Origin: Acidobacteriota bacterium
Lineage (GTDB): Bacteria > Acidobacteriota > UBA890 > WLXD01
DNA: 64,000 bases
Assembly: GCA_965205505.1 (NCBI GenBank)
Contig: CBDBHB010000009.1
Location: forward strand, 672,001 to 736,000
Direction: 5' to 3'
Positions 34,199 to 44,080 of the stretch are shown here, piece by piece (the first letter of the stretch is position 1; every line of letters starts with the position of its first letter). Below the pieces are notes generated by a model that searched no databases, was not told the origin of the DNA, and saw only the letters and a program-made list of their open reading frames with translations. Position numbers and translations under genes: made by a program.

Positions 34199-34277
34199 GG
34201 TGCAACGGTGCGCCGATCGTCGATGGAAGGTAGGGATGGCGCGGATGGAAGTCAGGACTGGCGCGCCTGTCAGAGAA

Positions 34278-35168
34278 TCAGCCGGGGAAGGACGCTGTCT
34301 TGAACGATTCGGACACCGGGGTGACCGTTGGCTCGAGCGCTGCGGGCGACGGATCGCGCCGCCGCTCGGCGTGGAGGCGGCCGGGAGGTAGGCCGCTGAG
34401 GCTGCGCACTTCGCGCGTCAGATGCGATTGGTCGGCGAAGCCGTGCAGCGCCGCCAGGTCGCTCCACAGGGGTCGATCGGTAGCATCGGCGTCGCGCAAC
34501 ACGCCGCGAAAGCGTTCGAGACGAGCGTAGGCGCGTGGCGCCAGCCCGGTTGATTCTGCCACTACACGGCGGAAGTGCCGGGGCGTGATTCCCAACCCCT
34601 CGGCCACCTGTTGCAACCGATCCGGTCGCCGTGATCGCCGCACTTGTTGCAGGCCACGGTGCGCCAGGAGGCTGGCTCCGTCGGGCATGTGACGGCGAGC
34701 CTGTTCGCCGACGAAGTCGAACAAGCAAGCGAGGCTTTCTTCCGGCGATCGCGTTGAGCGCAACAACTCCAGCAATGTCCGGCCACGGTCGGGCTGCACC
34801 ACCGCGTAGTCGTCGAGCGCGTCGGTATGCTCGCGCGGGTCGACACCGAGGATTGCCCGCGACCATTCGGGGTGCACCCGTACCGCCTCCATGCGGCGCG
34901 CGGGAGCCGGCAGGTAGGCGCGTGACTGGCGCACCGGGCCGATGAGCAGTATCTCGGGATCTTCCGCGCTGCCCTGCTCGCTACGTCGGCAAGCGAAGCA
35001 AAGGCTCACGGCTGGTTCCGGGGCGACGAGGTATCCGGGATACGCGTCGACCTGCTGTGACGGTGCACGATGCACCCACGCCACGTCGATAACGCGCGCC
35101 AGGCCCGCCGGCGGTGCCAGCTCCCGGTAGGCGCCGATCTGATGCACGGTTCCGCAGATGTTGCTCAA
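34278..35168 (-). CDS. AraC-family transcriptional regulator
   Basis: C-terminal GITPRHFRR...GLAPRAYARLERF...GFADQSHLTREVRSLSG; start uncertain. Confidence 0.85.
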   Translation of the reverse strand: MSNICGTVHQIGAYRELAPPAGLARVIDVAWVHRAPSQQVDAYPGYLVAPEPAVSLCFACRRSEQGSAEDPEILLIGPVRQSRAYLPAPARRMEAVRVHPEWSRAILGVDPREHTDALDDYAVVQPDRGRTLLELLRSTRSPEESLACLFDFVGEQARRHMPDGASLLAHRGLQQVRRSRRPDRLQQVAEGLGITPRHFRRVVAESTGLAPRAYARLERFRGVLRDADATDRPLWSDLAALHGFADQSHLTREVRSLSGLPPGRLHAERRRDPSPAALEPTVTPVSESFKTASFPG

Positions 35169-35234
35169 GGTCTCTGCGCGTCAGCGTCGGGGAGCGCGAC
35201 CTGGTTAGTACAGTATGCCCTAACCGGCGATTGC

Positions 35235-35355
35235 TCCCTTCACAGAGCTCGGCCAGCGCCCGACGCGACCCGACGTCGCCGGCTCCGGCGGCCGCGATGA
35301 GGGTCCATCGGGTCGTCTGGAAGCGAGCGTCCGCCTCCTTGTTGCGGTTACTCAC
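35235..35355 (-). pseudogene. N-terminal fragment of an ECF sigma factor
   Basis: RFQTTRWTLIAAAG...RRALAELC resembles the F-x-TT-x-W-S/T-L start of kinase-associated ECF sigmas; the rest is absent. Confidence 0.55.
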
Positions 35356-35514
35356 GGTGCCGGTCGGCTGCCTATCTGTATTGGCTTCCCACGCACCGAC
35401 TGTATGCAGCGGTCGGCCGTGACCGCAACGGACCGGGCTTGTTTGAATGCCGATCCAGCGCCACAATCCGGCCGGAACTGAGAATCTTCGGTGGCTTCCA
35501 CATAGAGGTATGTT

Positions 35515-37959
35515 TTGCTCTCGACCCGCATCCGCACATCGCCTTTGCTGCTCCTGTTTGTTGTTGCCGTGCCTGCGTGCGCTGGAGGCGGCGCCGACGA
35601 GCCGAGCTCGGTGCGGCTGGTCGATGTTTTCGAGCGGGCAGTGGTCACCGGCACCCCGATGATTCCGCCCCCCGAGCCGGTAGTGTGGGATTTCGGTGCC
35701 GGCAGCGTACCGGGAGGCGGTGAGGCGGGTGTGCTGCTGGGCGCTCGCGCCATGCAGCAGATCGAAGGCTTGGCACTTCGCGACGGCGCACTCGTGGGGC
35801 GCACAACCGGCGAGCTGGGCTTCATTCACATCCCGGTGCCGAGCGACGCGCGGCTCGAAGGAGCGTTCCACGCCGCCGAGATCCGCCTTCGCGTGTCCGC
35901 AGGCACCACCTCCGGCTTCGACTTCGTCTTCGCCCCCGAGATCGACGACGATGAGGTGCTGCACGCCGCGGAGCAGAACCGCACGCTAGCGGTGATGGCC
36001 GATACGACTCCTGGCGACGAGGTCGAGACCCTGACCCTCAGCCGCGGCATGGCCAACTTCATGGGCACGGTGTCGATGGGGGCGATCCACCACCTCGCAG
36101 TGCGGCCGAGCGACGTGGCCGACGCCGAGTTCGCCATCGAGTCGATCCGGCTGATCTCACGTCGCGAGCACCTGAGCATCATCCCCTCCGGTATCTCCTG
36201 GCGGGGACTCGGGGAGATCTACCGCGAGACCATCGTGTCGCGGGCACCCGAGACCATCCGGATCAACGTCGACGTTCCTACCCGACCGTGGCTGGAGCTA
36301 AACCTCGGCACCATCGAGGACGGTCCGGTAACCTTCGTCGTCTCGGCCGGCGACGACACCCTGCTGCGACGCACGGTCAGCACGCCAGACCGATGGGAGA
36401 GCGTGCCGGTCGATCTGCAGCCCTACGCGGGACAAAGTGTCGAGCTGACGCTCGGCACCGTCGCCAATGCCGACGGAGCGATTGCCTACTGGGGCACGCC
36501 CGTGGTTCGGCAACGCGGCGATCGGGCCCGGGTGGCGGCTGCGAGCGCGGCCCGCAGCGAGCTGATCGGCGACGCCGACCCACCGCGCGGTGTGATCCTG
36601 ATCCTCGCCGACACGTTGCGCCGCGACCGGCTTCCCTGGTACGGCGGGTCCCGCGACAACGCGCCCAACCTGGCGGCACTGGCGGACACCGGTACGGTCT
36701 TCACCAGCACCGTCTCCCAGGGCGCCTGGACCAAGGTCTCGGTGCCATCGATCTTGACGTCTCTATACCCCAGCACGCACGGCATTACCGACATCATCCA
36801 CCGGCTGCCGGCCTCGGTGACGACGCTCGAGGAGGTCTATCAGGCGGCCGGTTACGCGACGTTCCACACCTCGTCCGTACCGTTCACCGGCCAGCTCACC
36901 AACCTTCATCAGGGAGTGGAGGTGCTCCACGAGTCGTCGTCGGTCGGAGATCTAGGCCACTCGACAGCGAAGACGGCGCGCACCTATACCGACCGCCTGC
37001 TCGACTGGATCGACCTGCACCACGAGTCGCCCTTCTTCGTGTTCCTGCACGTATTCGATCCGCATAGCCCGTTCGAGCCGTATGCGCCGTACGACACGCT
37101 TTACACCGACGACGGTGAGGGCGAGGCGCAGCGGGAGCGGATGGAGACGGTTCAGGAACACATCACCGACGACCACATGCGCGACGACGCCATGCCCACC
37201 ACCGCCCAGCTGGCGGCGGCGGGAGTCGACCGCGACGCCTTCGTCGACACTGAGCTCGACTGGTACGACGCCTCGATCAAGGCGATGGACGTGGAGGTCG
37301 GCCGGCTATTGCAGCGGCTGGAGGGTCTCGGGGTGGCCGACGACACCGTGATCGTCTTCATGAGTGATCACGGCGAGGCGTTCCTGGAGCACGACAAGCA
37401 CTTCCACGGCTGGGATGCCTATGGCGAGATGCTCAACGTGCCGCTGATGTTCTCGTGGCCCGGCCGCATCCCGGCGGCGCGCGACGACACCGTGGTCGAA
37501 ACGATCAGCGTCTATCCGACGCTGCTCGAGTTCAGCCGCCTGGCAGTGCCCGAGCAGGCACAGGGGCAGAGCCTGTTGCCGCTCATGGCCCGTCCCGAGG
37601 CACCGACGGGGCTCGGCTGGGTACCTCGTCCGGCGTTCGCCGAACGCGCCTCGATCGACAGCGACGAGCCCCTAGACGACGAGGTCGAGCAGTTGGTGAT
37701 CGTGGCCGACGGCTGGAAGCTGGTGCACAACACGACGCGCCCCGACGGCAAGGCCGAGTTCGAGCTGTTCGACTACGTCAACGACCCGTTCGACCAGATC
37801 GACGTCGGTGCAGACAATCCGGAGATCGTCGCGCAGCTGTCGGAAGAGCTGGCAACGTGGCACGAGGGCGTGGTGGCAAACCGAATCGAACCCGACAGCG
37901 GCGAAGGGCTGACAGAAGCCGAGCGCGCCCGGCTGCGGGCCCTCGGGTACATTCAGTAG
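35515..37959 (+). CDS. Large sulfatase-like hydrolase/transferase (probable lipoprotein)
   Basis: ILADTLRRD, WTKVSVPSILTSLYP, FDPHSPF, SDHGEAF, C-terminal RLRALGYIQ. Confidence 0.85.
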   Translation: MLSTRIRTSPLLLLFVVAVPACAGGGADEPSSVRLVDVFERAVVTGTPMIPPPEPVVWDFGAGSVPGGGEAGVLLGARAMQQIEGLALRDGALVGRTTGELGFIHIPVPSDARLEGAFHAAEIRLRVSAGTTSGFDFVFAPEIDDDEVLHAAEQNRTLAVMADTTPGDEVETLTLSRGMANFMGTVSMGAIHHLAVRPSDVADAEFAIESIRLISRREHLSIIPSGISWRGLGEIYRETIVSRAPETIRINVDVPTRPWLELNLGTIEDGPVTFVVSAGDDTLLRRTVSTPDRWESVPVDLQPYAGQSVELTLGTVANADGAIAYWGTPVVRQRGDRARVAAASAARSELIGDADPPRGVILILADTLRRDRLPWYGGSRDNAPNLAALADTGTVFTSTVSQGAWTKVSVPSILTSLYPSTHGITDIIHRLPASVTTLEEVYQAAGYATFHTSSVPFTGQLTNLHQGVEVLHESSSVGDLGHSTAKTARTYTDRLLDWIDLHHESPFFVFLHVFDPHSPFEPYAPYDTLYTDDGEGEAQRERMETVQEHITDDHMRDDAMPTTAQLAAAGVDRDAFVDTELDWYDASIKAMDVEVGRLLQRLEGLGVADDTVIVFMSDHGEAFLEHDKHFHGWDAYGEMLNVPLMFSWPGRIPAARDDTVVETISVYPTLLEFSRLAVPEQAQGQSLLPLMARPEAPTGLGWVPRPAFAERASIDSDEPLDDEVEQLVIVADGWKLVHNTTRPDGKAEFELFDYVNDPFDQIDVGADNPEIVAQLSEELATWHEGVVANRIEPDSGEGLTEAERARLRALGYIQ

Positions 37960-38059
37960 CGCCCACGCGCTAGCCTGATACCCCCACGCGCCGTGCACAC
38001 GGCCGAATGAATGCAGCATTATGTACACGTCGATCCCTTTCCTCCGCAACGAGAGCATC

Positions 38060-38521
38060 ATGACCGACGTCACCACCGAAGAAACTCAGACCACTCTGCG
38101 CTCGGGTTCTGGCCACGACATCACGCCGCTGAGCGCCGAGCGCATCGCCGAGCTCGCTGAGAAACTCACCGACGAGGAGCGCCGGGTGCTGCTGCACGCC
38201 GGCACCGAGGCCCCCTTCTGCGGTGGGCTGCTCGACAACAAGGAGACCGGCGTCTATGAGTGTCGGCTCTGTGGCCTGCCGTTGTATCGCTCGACCACCA
38301 AGTTCGACTCCGGCACTGGGTGGCCGAGCTTCAACGACCCCATCGACCCCGACCATGTCACCGAACACGCCGACCATAGCGGCGGCGGGATTCGCACCGA
38401 AATCCGTTGCGCCCGCTGCTCGGGTCATCTGGGGCATGTGTTCGACGACGGTCCGCCGCCCACGGGCAGGCGGCACTGCTTGAACTCGGAGTCGATGGAG
38501 TTCGTGCCAGACGACGCCTAG
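38060..38521 (+). CDS. msrB: Peptide-methionine (R)-S-oxide reductase
   Basis: GTEAPFCG, CRLC, KFDSGTGWPSF, CARC, HLGHVFDDGPPPTGRRHCLNS. Confidence 0.96.
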   Translation: MTDVTTEETQTTLRSGSGHDITPLSAERIAELAEKLTDEERRVLLHAGTEAPFCGGLLDNKETGVYECRLCGLPLYRSTTKFDSGTGWPSFNDPIDPDHVTEHADHSGGGIRTEIRCARCSGHLGHVFDDGPPPTGRRHCLNSESMEFVPDDA

Positions 38522-38813
38522 CAGGCTAGCAAGCCGTGGATCGTTGCCCGTCCCGAGACACGGACTACATGACCGACACCACCAGTACTGCTACTCCTGC
38601 TATACGACACTCCTCCCTGGGGTCCCCAGTTCTGGGGGGTCGGGGGGTGGTCGCCGGTCTCAGTCTGACCACACGATTCGAAGGTTCAAGTATCCCCGTC
38701 GAGCTTCACGGGGCCTGGAATGAACAGCCGCAAGACGTCTGTTGTCGGTCGAGAGCCCCTTGTCGGCTATAAGCAAGCTCGCCGTGAAGAGTGCACCGAC
38801 GAATGGGGGGGGT

Positions 38814-38899
38814 CCGCCTGAGGCCTGGCCTGGAGACCATGGCCTCGGAACCGCGCCCAGATTTGCGAGCGCTTGGTTCCGGGCGGAGCGGAGCCGAGT
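38814..38899 (+). repeat. Imperfect direct repeat, copy 1 (partner 40270-40369)
   Basis: ccgcctgagg-ctgg-ctggagaccatggc...aaccgcgcccagatt...gagcgctt...ggcggagcggagccgagt shared by both copies. Confidence 0.85.
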
Positions 38900-39015
38900 C
38901 CCACAACGTCGCTTCGGGTGCAGGCGGCCGATAGCCCAACGAGCTATGCGACCGTACCTGGTTGTACTGGCGGCGTGCGGCAGCCGGCGCCCTGTCTGAG
39001 GCGCGGTCTTGAGCG

Positions 39016-39942
39016 CTATTTGCTTCCTGGAGCCTGGGTGAACGCTCCGTCTTCGAGGATGAGGTCAGGGGTATGCGGCTCGTTGATCCAAGGAACGGGA
39101 GGCTTCGGGCCCTTCTTTTTGTCGGAGCCTTCCGACGTCAACTCATACGACGCTTTCTCTTCCTTCTTCTTTTTCTTTTTCTTTTTCTTGAGCTTGTACT
39201 TCCAGGCGTTACCCCAGCCGTCGGTGTCGGGGATCTCCTGCATGTACCCTCGGGTTACAAGGTCAGACAGTGCTGACGCATAGCTACGGGTGTCGAGTTT
39301 CACCATTTCGTTGGCCTGGGCGATGCCGCGCATATCGGCCATCGTGCTGCGCTGGCGTGCGCTGTCGAGAGCGTTCTGCAATCGAGGCACGGCCATGGCG
39401 GCGATCACGCCAATGATCGCCACTACAACCAGCAGGTCGATGAGCGAGAATCCGTCCGTACCGGCCTTTTGCGGAGCTTGCTGTGACACGCTTCCGTGGC
39501 GGGCCTTCAGGGTCTGCGAGAGCTCGTTCAGGCCGCCGGCGACCTCCACGAGCTCGTCCCCGGCGCGCAGTTGCAAACGCGCTCCGTAGTCACCCTCGGT
39601 GAGCTTGCGGATGTGCCGGTTGATGGGCACCAGCGGTCCGATGAAGCGGTGGAGAAAGACCGCCGAAAACACCAGCGCAACGATGCCGAAGATCGGTAGT
39701 AACCAGACCATTCGCAACAGCTCGGCGCGGAGGGCAAAGCCGATAATCGGATCGAGCGTCGCAGGGCGGGTGCCCGCTTCGTTGAGGATAAGTCCAATGA
39801 GACGGCGGGTGGACAGGTAGGAGAGTAGCTGAATGAGTCCGGTCCCGATCGAGATGAGGAAGAAAATCGCCAGCGCGTAACGGAATTGCAGTCGTGGGCG
39901 AAGCAGGTAGTTGCGCAGTCGTCGTCTATTATCTCTGCCCAT
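39016..39942 (-). CDS. 2TM-HAMP domain fused to a GspG-like pseudopilin with a poly-Lys loop
   Basis: GGAGG RBS; RRRLRNYLLRPRLQFRY-TM-TM-HRFIGPL...GDYGARLQLRAGDELVEVAGGLNEL (HAMP), then GFSLIDLLVVVAIIGVIAAMAVP and a pilin head with K9. Confidence 0.8.
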   Translation of the reverse strand: MGRDNRRRLRNYLLRPRLQFRYALAIFFLISIGTGLIQLLSYLSTRRLIGLILNEAGTRPATLDPIIGFALRAELLRMVWLLPIFGIVALVFSAVFLHRFIGPLVPINRHIRKLTEGDYGARLQLRAGDELVEVAGGLNELSQTLKARHGSVSQQAPQKAGTDGFSLIDLLVVVAIIGVIAAMAVPRLQNALDSARQRSTMADMRGIAQANEMVKLDTRSYASALSDLVTRGYMQEIPDTDGWGNAWKYKLKKKKKKKKKEEKASYELTSEGSDKKKGPKPPVPWINEPHTPDLILEDGAFTQAPGSK

Positions 39943-40269
39943 CGTACCCTCCTAGGTACCAGTACCAATAAGTGTTGACCACTTGGTAGCCCAATCAGAA
40001 GACAAAACTTACCCCCGGCTGTTTTTGTCTGTTCCTGGCCGTCAGACATGCGCTGGCCACGGTCGAAGATACGGAGGGTTACAGAAGCCTATTCAGTTGT
40101 GGATATAGGTTGAGTAGCCCAACGGTCACTATTTCCAACACCACGCGGAGTACGTGGCGTGGCTCGCGAGAGCAGGGTAGGGCGGTCAAGCCAGCGCACC
40201 ATACTCGCAGGCCAAACGCGCCCGGATACAAGCCAAGCTGGCGAGCGATACGGACGGAAGCCAATGAGG

Positions 40270-40369
40270 CCGCCTGAGGGCTGGTCTGGAGACCATGGCT
40301 GCGGTTCGAACCGCGCCCAGATTCGGGAGCGCTTCGTCCGGGGCAGAAGTCGGCGGAGCGGAGCCGAGT
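40270..40369 (+). repeat. Imperfect direct repeat, copy 2 (partner 38814-38899)
   Basis: Same blocks as copy 1 with two short insertions. Confidence 0.85.
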
Positions 40370-40410
40370 GCCTACGTGGCCGGGGAGTTAACGTGGCGTT
40401 CAGACAGACC

Positions 40411-40456
40411 GCTTCCGTTGGATCTCGCACGCTCCAGCGATAGGCTTCATGCGCTC
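40411..40456 (+). promoter_or_regulatory. Duplicated sigma70-like promoter cassette, copy 1
   Basis: TTGGAT-17 nt-TAGGCT; 41/46 identical to 56375-56420. Confidence 0.6.
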
Positions 40457-40479
40457 GCCCACCTCTCTGCGGAAACGCC

Positions 40480-40659
40480 ATGGAACCCGGTAGGAAACTA
40501 GGCCCCTACGAGATCACCGAACAGCTCGGTGCTGGCGGCATGGGAGAGGTGTACCGAGCCATGGACACTAAGCTAAAGCGAGAGGTGGCGCTGAAGCTCC
40601 TGCCTGAAGATCTGACAGATGACAGCAAGCACGTTGCAAGGCTACTGAATGTAGCCTAG
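40480..40659 (+). pseudogene. Ser/Thr kinase N-terminal fragment
   Basis: [36 protein letters not shown]; homology stops at the neighbouring gene's stop codon. Confidence 0.85.
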
Positions 40660-41955
40660 CGCGCGCAGCTGCCGCTCCAGCTCGGGCGACAGCTCCACCG
40701 CGTCGCCGGCGCGGTCGCGGCGGATCTCGCGCATCTGTCGCTGCAGCCGTCGCGCCGTTCGCGTCAGCTGTGCGTTATCGGGATCCCTGAGCGCGTCGAG
40801 CTCGCCCGGGTCGGTGCTGAGGTCGTAGATCGCCGGCGAGCGGGCGGTGCGGTTGACCACCATCTTGTAGGGCCACTCCACGATCGCCTCGAGCTCGATG
40901 CCGTAGTAGTTGCTGCGAGCGTAGATCGGCCGTGCCGGTGGCGCTCCGCCGGCCAAGTAGGGCACCAGGGATCCGCCCGAGACCTGCGGCACCTCCAGTT
41001 GTGCCAGATCGAGCAACGTCGGGACGATATCCACGGTCGACACCGGCTCCTGGTGGCGTGCGGCTGGCACTCCAGGGCCCCAGAGAACCAGCGGCACACG
41101 CATCACCTCGTCGTGAAGGGACATACCGTGACCCTTGCGGACGTGCTCGCCTGGGAACGCCTCGCCGTGGTCGGCGGTGAGTGCCACCCAGGTGGTGTCG
41201 TGCAAGTTGCGCTCGCGCAGTGACTCGAACAGCCGTCCGATCTGCGCGTCGACCCAGAGGATCTCCTCGTCGTAAGCCGCCTTGATGAACTCCACGTCCG
41301 CTGCCTGTTCCGCTGCCTCGCGACTCTCGATGGTGGCGAGGGTGTCGCCGTAGCGATCGGCGAAGGCGTCGGTGAACACCCCGCGCGCTGGCTCAGGAGC
41401 GTTGAACTGATGGTGTACGTCGAACAGGTGCAGCAGGAGGAAGAATGGCCGCGACGTGTCGCGTCCGTCGAGCCACTCCAGGCTGGCGTCGAGACTCTCG
41501 TCGGCGCGGCGCAGCTCGATCGCCGTCGCTTGTTTCAGGTCGTAATGGTCGAACCCCGTGGCCATGCCGAATATTGGATCGAGGAAGGAGACGTTCACCA
41601 CAGCGCCGGTCTCGTATCCCGCTCCCGATAGGTACTGGGGCAGGGTGATGACCCCTTCGCGCAGCCGCCGATGAGCTGATGTGCCGGCCCCGTGGGCGTT
41701 TGGGTACAGCCCGGTGAGAATGCTGGCCATCCCCGGCAGCGTCCACGATGAGGCCGAGTAGGCGTGCTCGAATACGCTGCCGCTCGTCGACAGCTCGTCG
41801 ATGCGCGGTGTCGTTTCCCGCTCGTACCCGTACAGGCTCATGTGGTCGGCGCGCAGGGTGTCGATGACCACGAGCACGATGCCGCCGGGTGGTTCTGCAG
41901 CGCAGCCGACGGTTGCCAGCAGCAGGCAGCACAGCAGGCTCAGGGCGTGTCGCAT
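40642..41955 (-). CDS. Sulfatase-like hydrolase/transferase (probable lipoprotein)
   Basis: TVGC lipobox-like; [40 protein letters not shown]. Confidence 0.88.
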   Translation of the reverse strand: MRHALSLLCCLLLATVGCAAEPPGGIVLVVIDTLRADHMSLYGYERETTPRIDELSTSGSVFEHAYSASSWTLPGMASILTGLYPNAHGAGTSAHRRLREGVITLPQYLSGAGYETGAVVNVSFLDPIFGMATGFDHYDLKQATAIELRRADESLDASLEWLDGRDTSRPFFLLLHLFDVHHQFNAPEPARGVFTDAFADRYGDTLATIESREAAEQAADVEFIKAAYDEEILWVDAQIGRLFESLRERNLHDTTWVALTADHGEAFPGEHVRKGHGMSLHDEVMRVPLVLWGPGVPAARHQEPVSTVDIVPTLLDLAQLEVPQVSGGSLVPYLAGGAPPARPIYARSNYYGIELEAIVEWPYKMVVNRTARSPAIYDLSTDPGELDALRDPDNAQLTRTARRLQRQMREIRRDRAGDAVELSPELERQLRALGYIQ

Positions 41956-42061
41956 TCCGGACTCGATCGCATCGGAGGCGCGCTCGTCGCAGGCGGATCC
42001 CCGCGCCAGGAACCATGAGTGTACCGCCCGCCCCGCATGGCGCTGGCAACAGCGGTGCCGG

Positions 42062-43786
42062 TCAGCGCGGCGGTGTTGCCACCATCGACGACGCGTCGGC
42101 GCCCGCCAGCGGTAGGGGCGCCACGCCGGCGTTGTCGAATCGCGCTCGAGTGAACGGGTCGCTGGCGCTGCGCGAGGAGGCCGCGTAGTAGCCTACGTAC
42201 CCCTCGGCGAAGGTGTCGTCGTTCAGCGTTCCGAGCTCCACGTCGTTCACCGCCACGGTAATCGCGTCGCCGACCGCCCGCACCGACAACCGGTTCGTGT
42301 CGTGGCGACGAATCGCCTCGTGGTCAGTCCATTGCTGCGGCCCGCCGCGCAGCTCACGCCAGGCGCCATTCTCGAGCGCCCAAACGCTCCATTGCCCCAA
42401 ACCATTCACCGCGAAAACGTAATAGTTGCGCTCGTCGACGCGTCGAAACATCAGCCCATAACCGCTCTCTGGCTGGCCGTCGGCGAGAGTAGCGTCGCTG
42501 GAGAACTGCACATCGGTATAGTGGCCGCCCGCATGCGCCGTGGCGGAAACCGCCTGGCTGGTCGTGCGCAGCTCGATCTCGTAGGTACCGTCGACCAGGG
42601 CCCGAGAGACCGGGCCAGTGCTCAGATCCCACTCGTGGTGGTTGTCGTCGAACGAGTCCGTCCAGGGCGGCATGGGGACCATCGAGGGGATCTCGGGTTC
42701 GGCGTCGGCCGCCATCGACGGCACGGCCTCCGACACCCCCGCCTCGGCCGCGTCCCCTGCCGCGCCCCTGGCGCCTCGGCCGGCCAGATCTCCGAGCGCC
42801 CACCATCCGGCAGCCACCGCCAACGCCAACGCCGCCAGGCCGCCGATCAGCTGCCGACTAGGCCCGGCGCCGACGGCAGCGATACGCGCCTCACCCGTCG
42901 CCCCGGCTATCTCCACCCGGGGCATCGAGGGCTTGGTGACCGCGCTGCTCAGCGGCGCGCCAATCGGCGCCCCCTTCAGCGCCGCCACCATCTCGTCCAC
43001 CGACTTGAAGCGATCGTCCGGGCTCTTGGCAAGCGCCCGCTCGATCGTCTCCACGATGTGCGGCGCCAACCCCGGCACCTTGGGTCCCAGCGGCGGCGGC
43101 GACTCCTGCAGGTGCTTGTGAATCACCCCTGCCAGCGTTTCCGACCGAAACGGTAACTCTCCGGCGAGCAGTTGGTAGGCTATGATGCCGAGCGAGTAGA
43201 TGTCGGCCCGGTGGTCGCCGCGCTCGCCCATTGCCTGCTCGGGCGACATGTACGAGGGCGTGCCGGCCGACGTTCCCTCCACAGTCATGCGCGTCTGATC
43301 GAGCACCGTGGCCAGGCCGAAGTCGGTGAGCACGGTGCGCCCGTCGTCGGTGAGCATCACGTTGGAGGGTTTTACGTCGCGGTGCACAATGCCAGCGCGA
43401 TGCGCATGCGCCAGCGCCGCCCCGACGGAGACGATGATCTGCAACGCCTCGTCGACGGTGACGGGCGGCCGCCCGCCTGCACCGAGCGCCCTGGCGCGTT
43501 CTTCCAGGCTCTCTCCCTTCAGAAACTCCATGGCGATGTAGCAGATGCCGTCGTCTACGTCGAAGTCGTAGATCTGCACAATGCCGGGATGACGCAGCGA
43601 GGCGATCGCCTGTGCCTCATGGAGGAAGCGCTTGCGCAGCGCATCGTCTTCGGAAAGGTGCGCGTGCAGCAGCTTGACCGCTACCTCGCGTTCCAAGTGC
43701 ACGTGGCAGGCGCGGAAGACGCGCGCCATGCCACCGCTGCCGAGCTTGGCGTCGATGCGGTACTTACCGAGTGTTTGGCCGATCAT
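42062..43786 (-). CDS. Hanks-type Ser/Thr kinase with TM and extracellular beta-sandwich domain
   Basis: GSGGMARV, VAVK, HRDVKPSN, DFG, GTPSYMSPEQ; TM; C-terminal DUF1080-like region. Confidence 0.92.
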   Translation of the reverse strand: MIGQTLGKYRIDAKLGSGGMARVFRACHVHLEREVAVKLLHAHLSEDDALRKRFLHEAQAIASLRHPGIVQIYDFDVDDGICYIAMEFLKGESLEERARALGAGGRPPVTVDEALQIIVSVGAALAHAHRAGIVHRDVKPSNVMLTDDGRTVLTDFGLATVLDQTRMTVEGTSAGTPSYMSPEQAMGERGDHRADIYSLGIIAYQLLAGELPFRSETLAGVIHKHLQESPPPLGPKVPGLAPHIVETIERALAKSPDDRFKSVDEMVAALKGAPIGAPLSSAVTKPSMPRVEIAGATGEARIAAVGAGPSRQLIGGLAALALAVAAGWWALGDLAGRGARGAAGDAAEAGVSEAVPSMAADAEPEIPSMVPMPPWTDSFDDNHHEWDLSTGPVSRALVDGTYEIELRTTSQAVSATAHAGGHYTDVQFSSDATLADGQPESGYGLMFRRVDERNYYVFAVNGLGQWSVWALENGAWRELRGGPQQWTDHEAIRRHDTNRLSVRAVGDAITVAVNDVELGTLNDDTFAEGYVGYYAASSRSASDPFTRARFDNAGVAPLPLAGADASSMVATPPR

Positions 43787-44080
43787 GCAGGGGATCCTAG
43801 CAGCCACAGTTTCACTACGGCTGGCGCGGAGGGGAGTCGTGGAGTACCCGCGAAGGGACTCTTGCGCTGTCACTCTTGAGTTTGCTGGCGCCGTGGCGGA
43901 GGTTTCACCGCGGCTCGCGGTTGTAGAATTCCGCTTCCGGGCTCCGCCGCCCGGTCGGCCCCCCACCGGTCACTCCGCCGCCCCGAGGCGCAATGAGCCC
44001 CCAGATCGAACGGACGCTGTCACGATGAGTACTGCGCCCAGGACGCCGCACGGATCAGCGTCGCCGCCGAGCCCCGGCCA

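Noticed and set aside
38814-40400. Direct repeats as a CRISPR array, group II intron domain V or integron attC sites
   Set aside because: Only two long divergent copies; gagccgagt is not followed by a domain V stem; no paired RYYYAAC/GTTRRRY boxes, and no RT, cas or integrase gene in the window.
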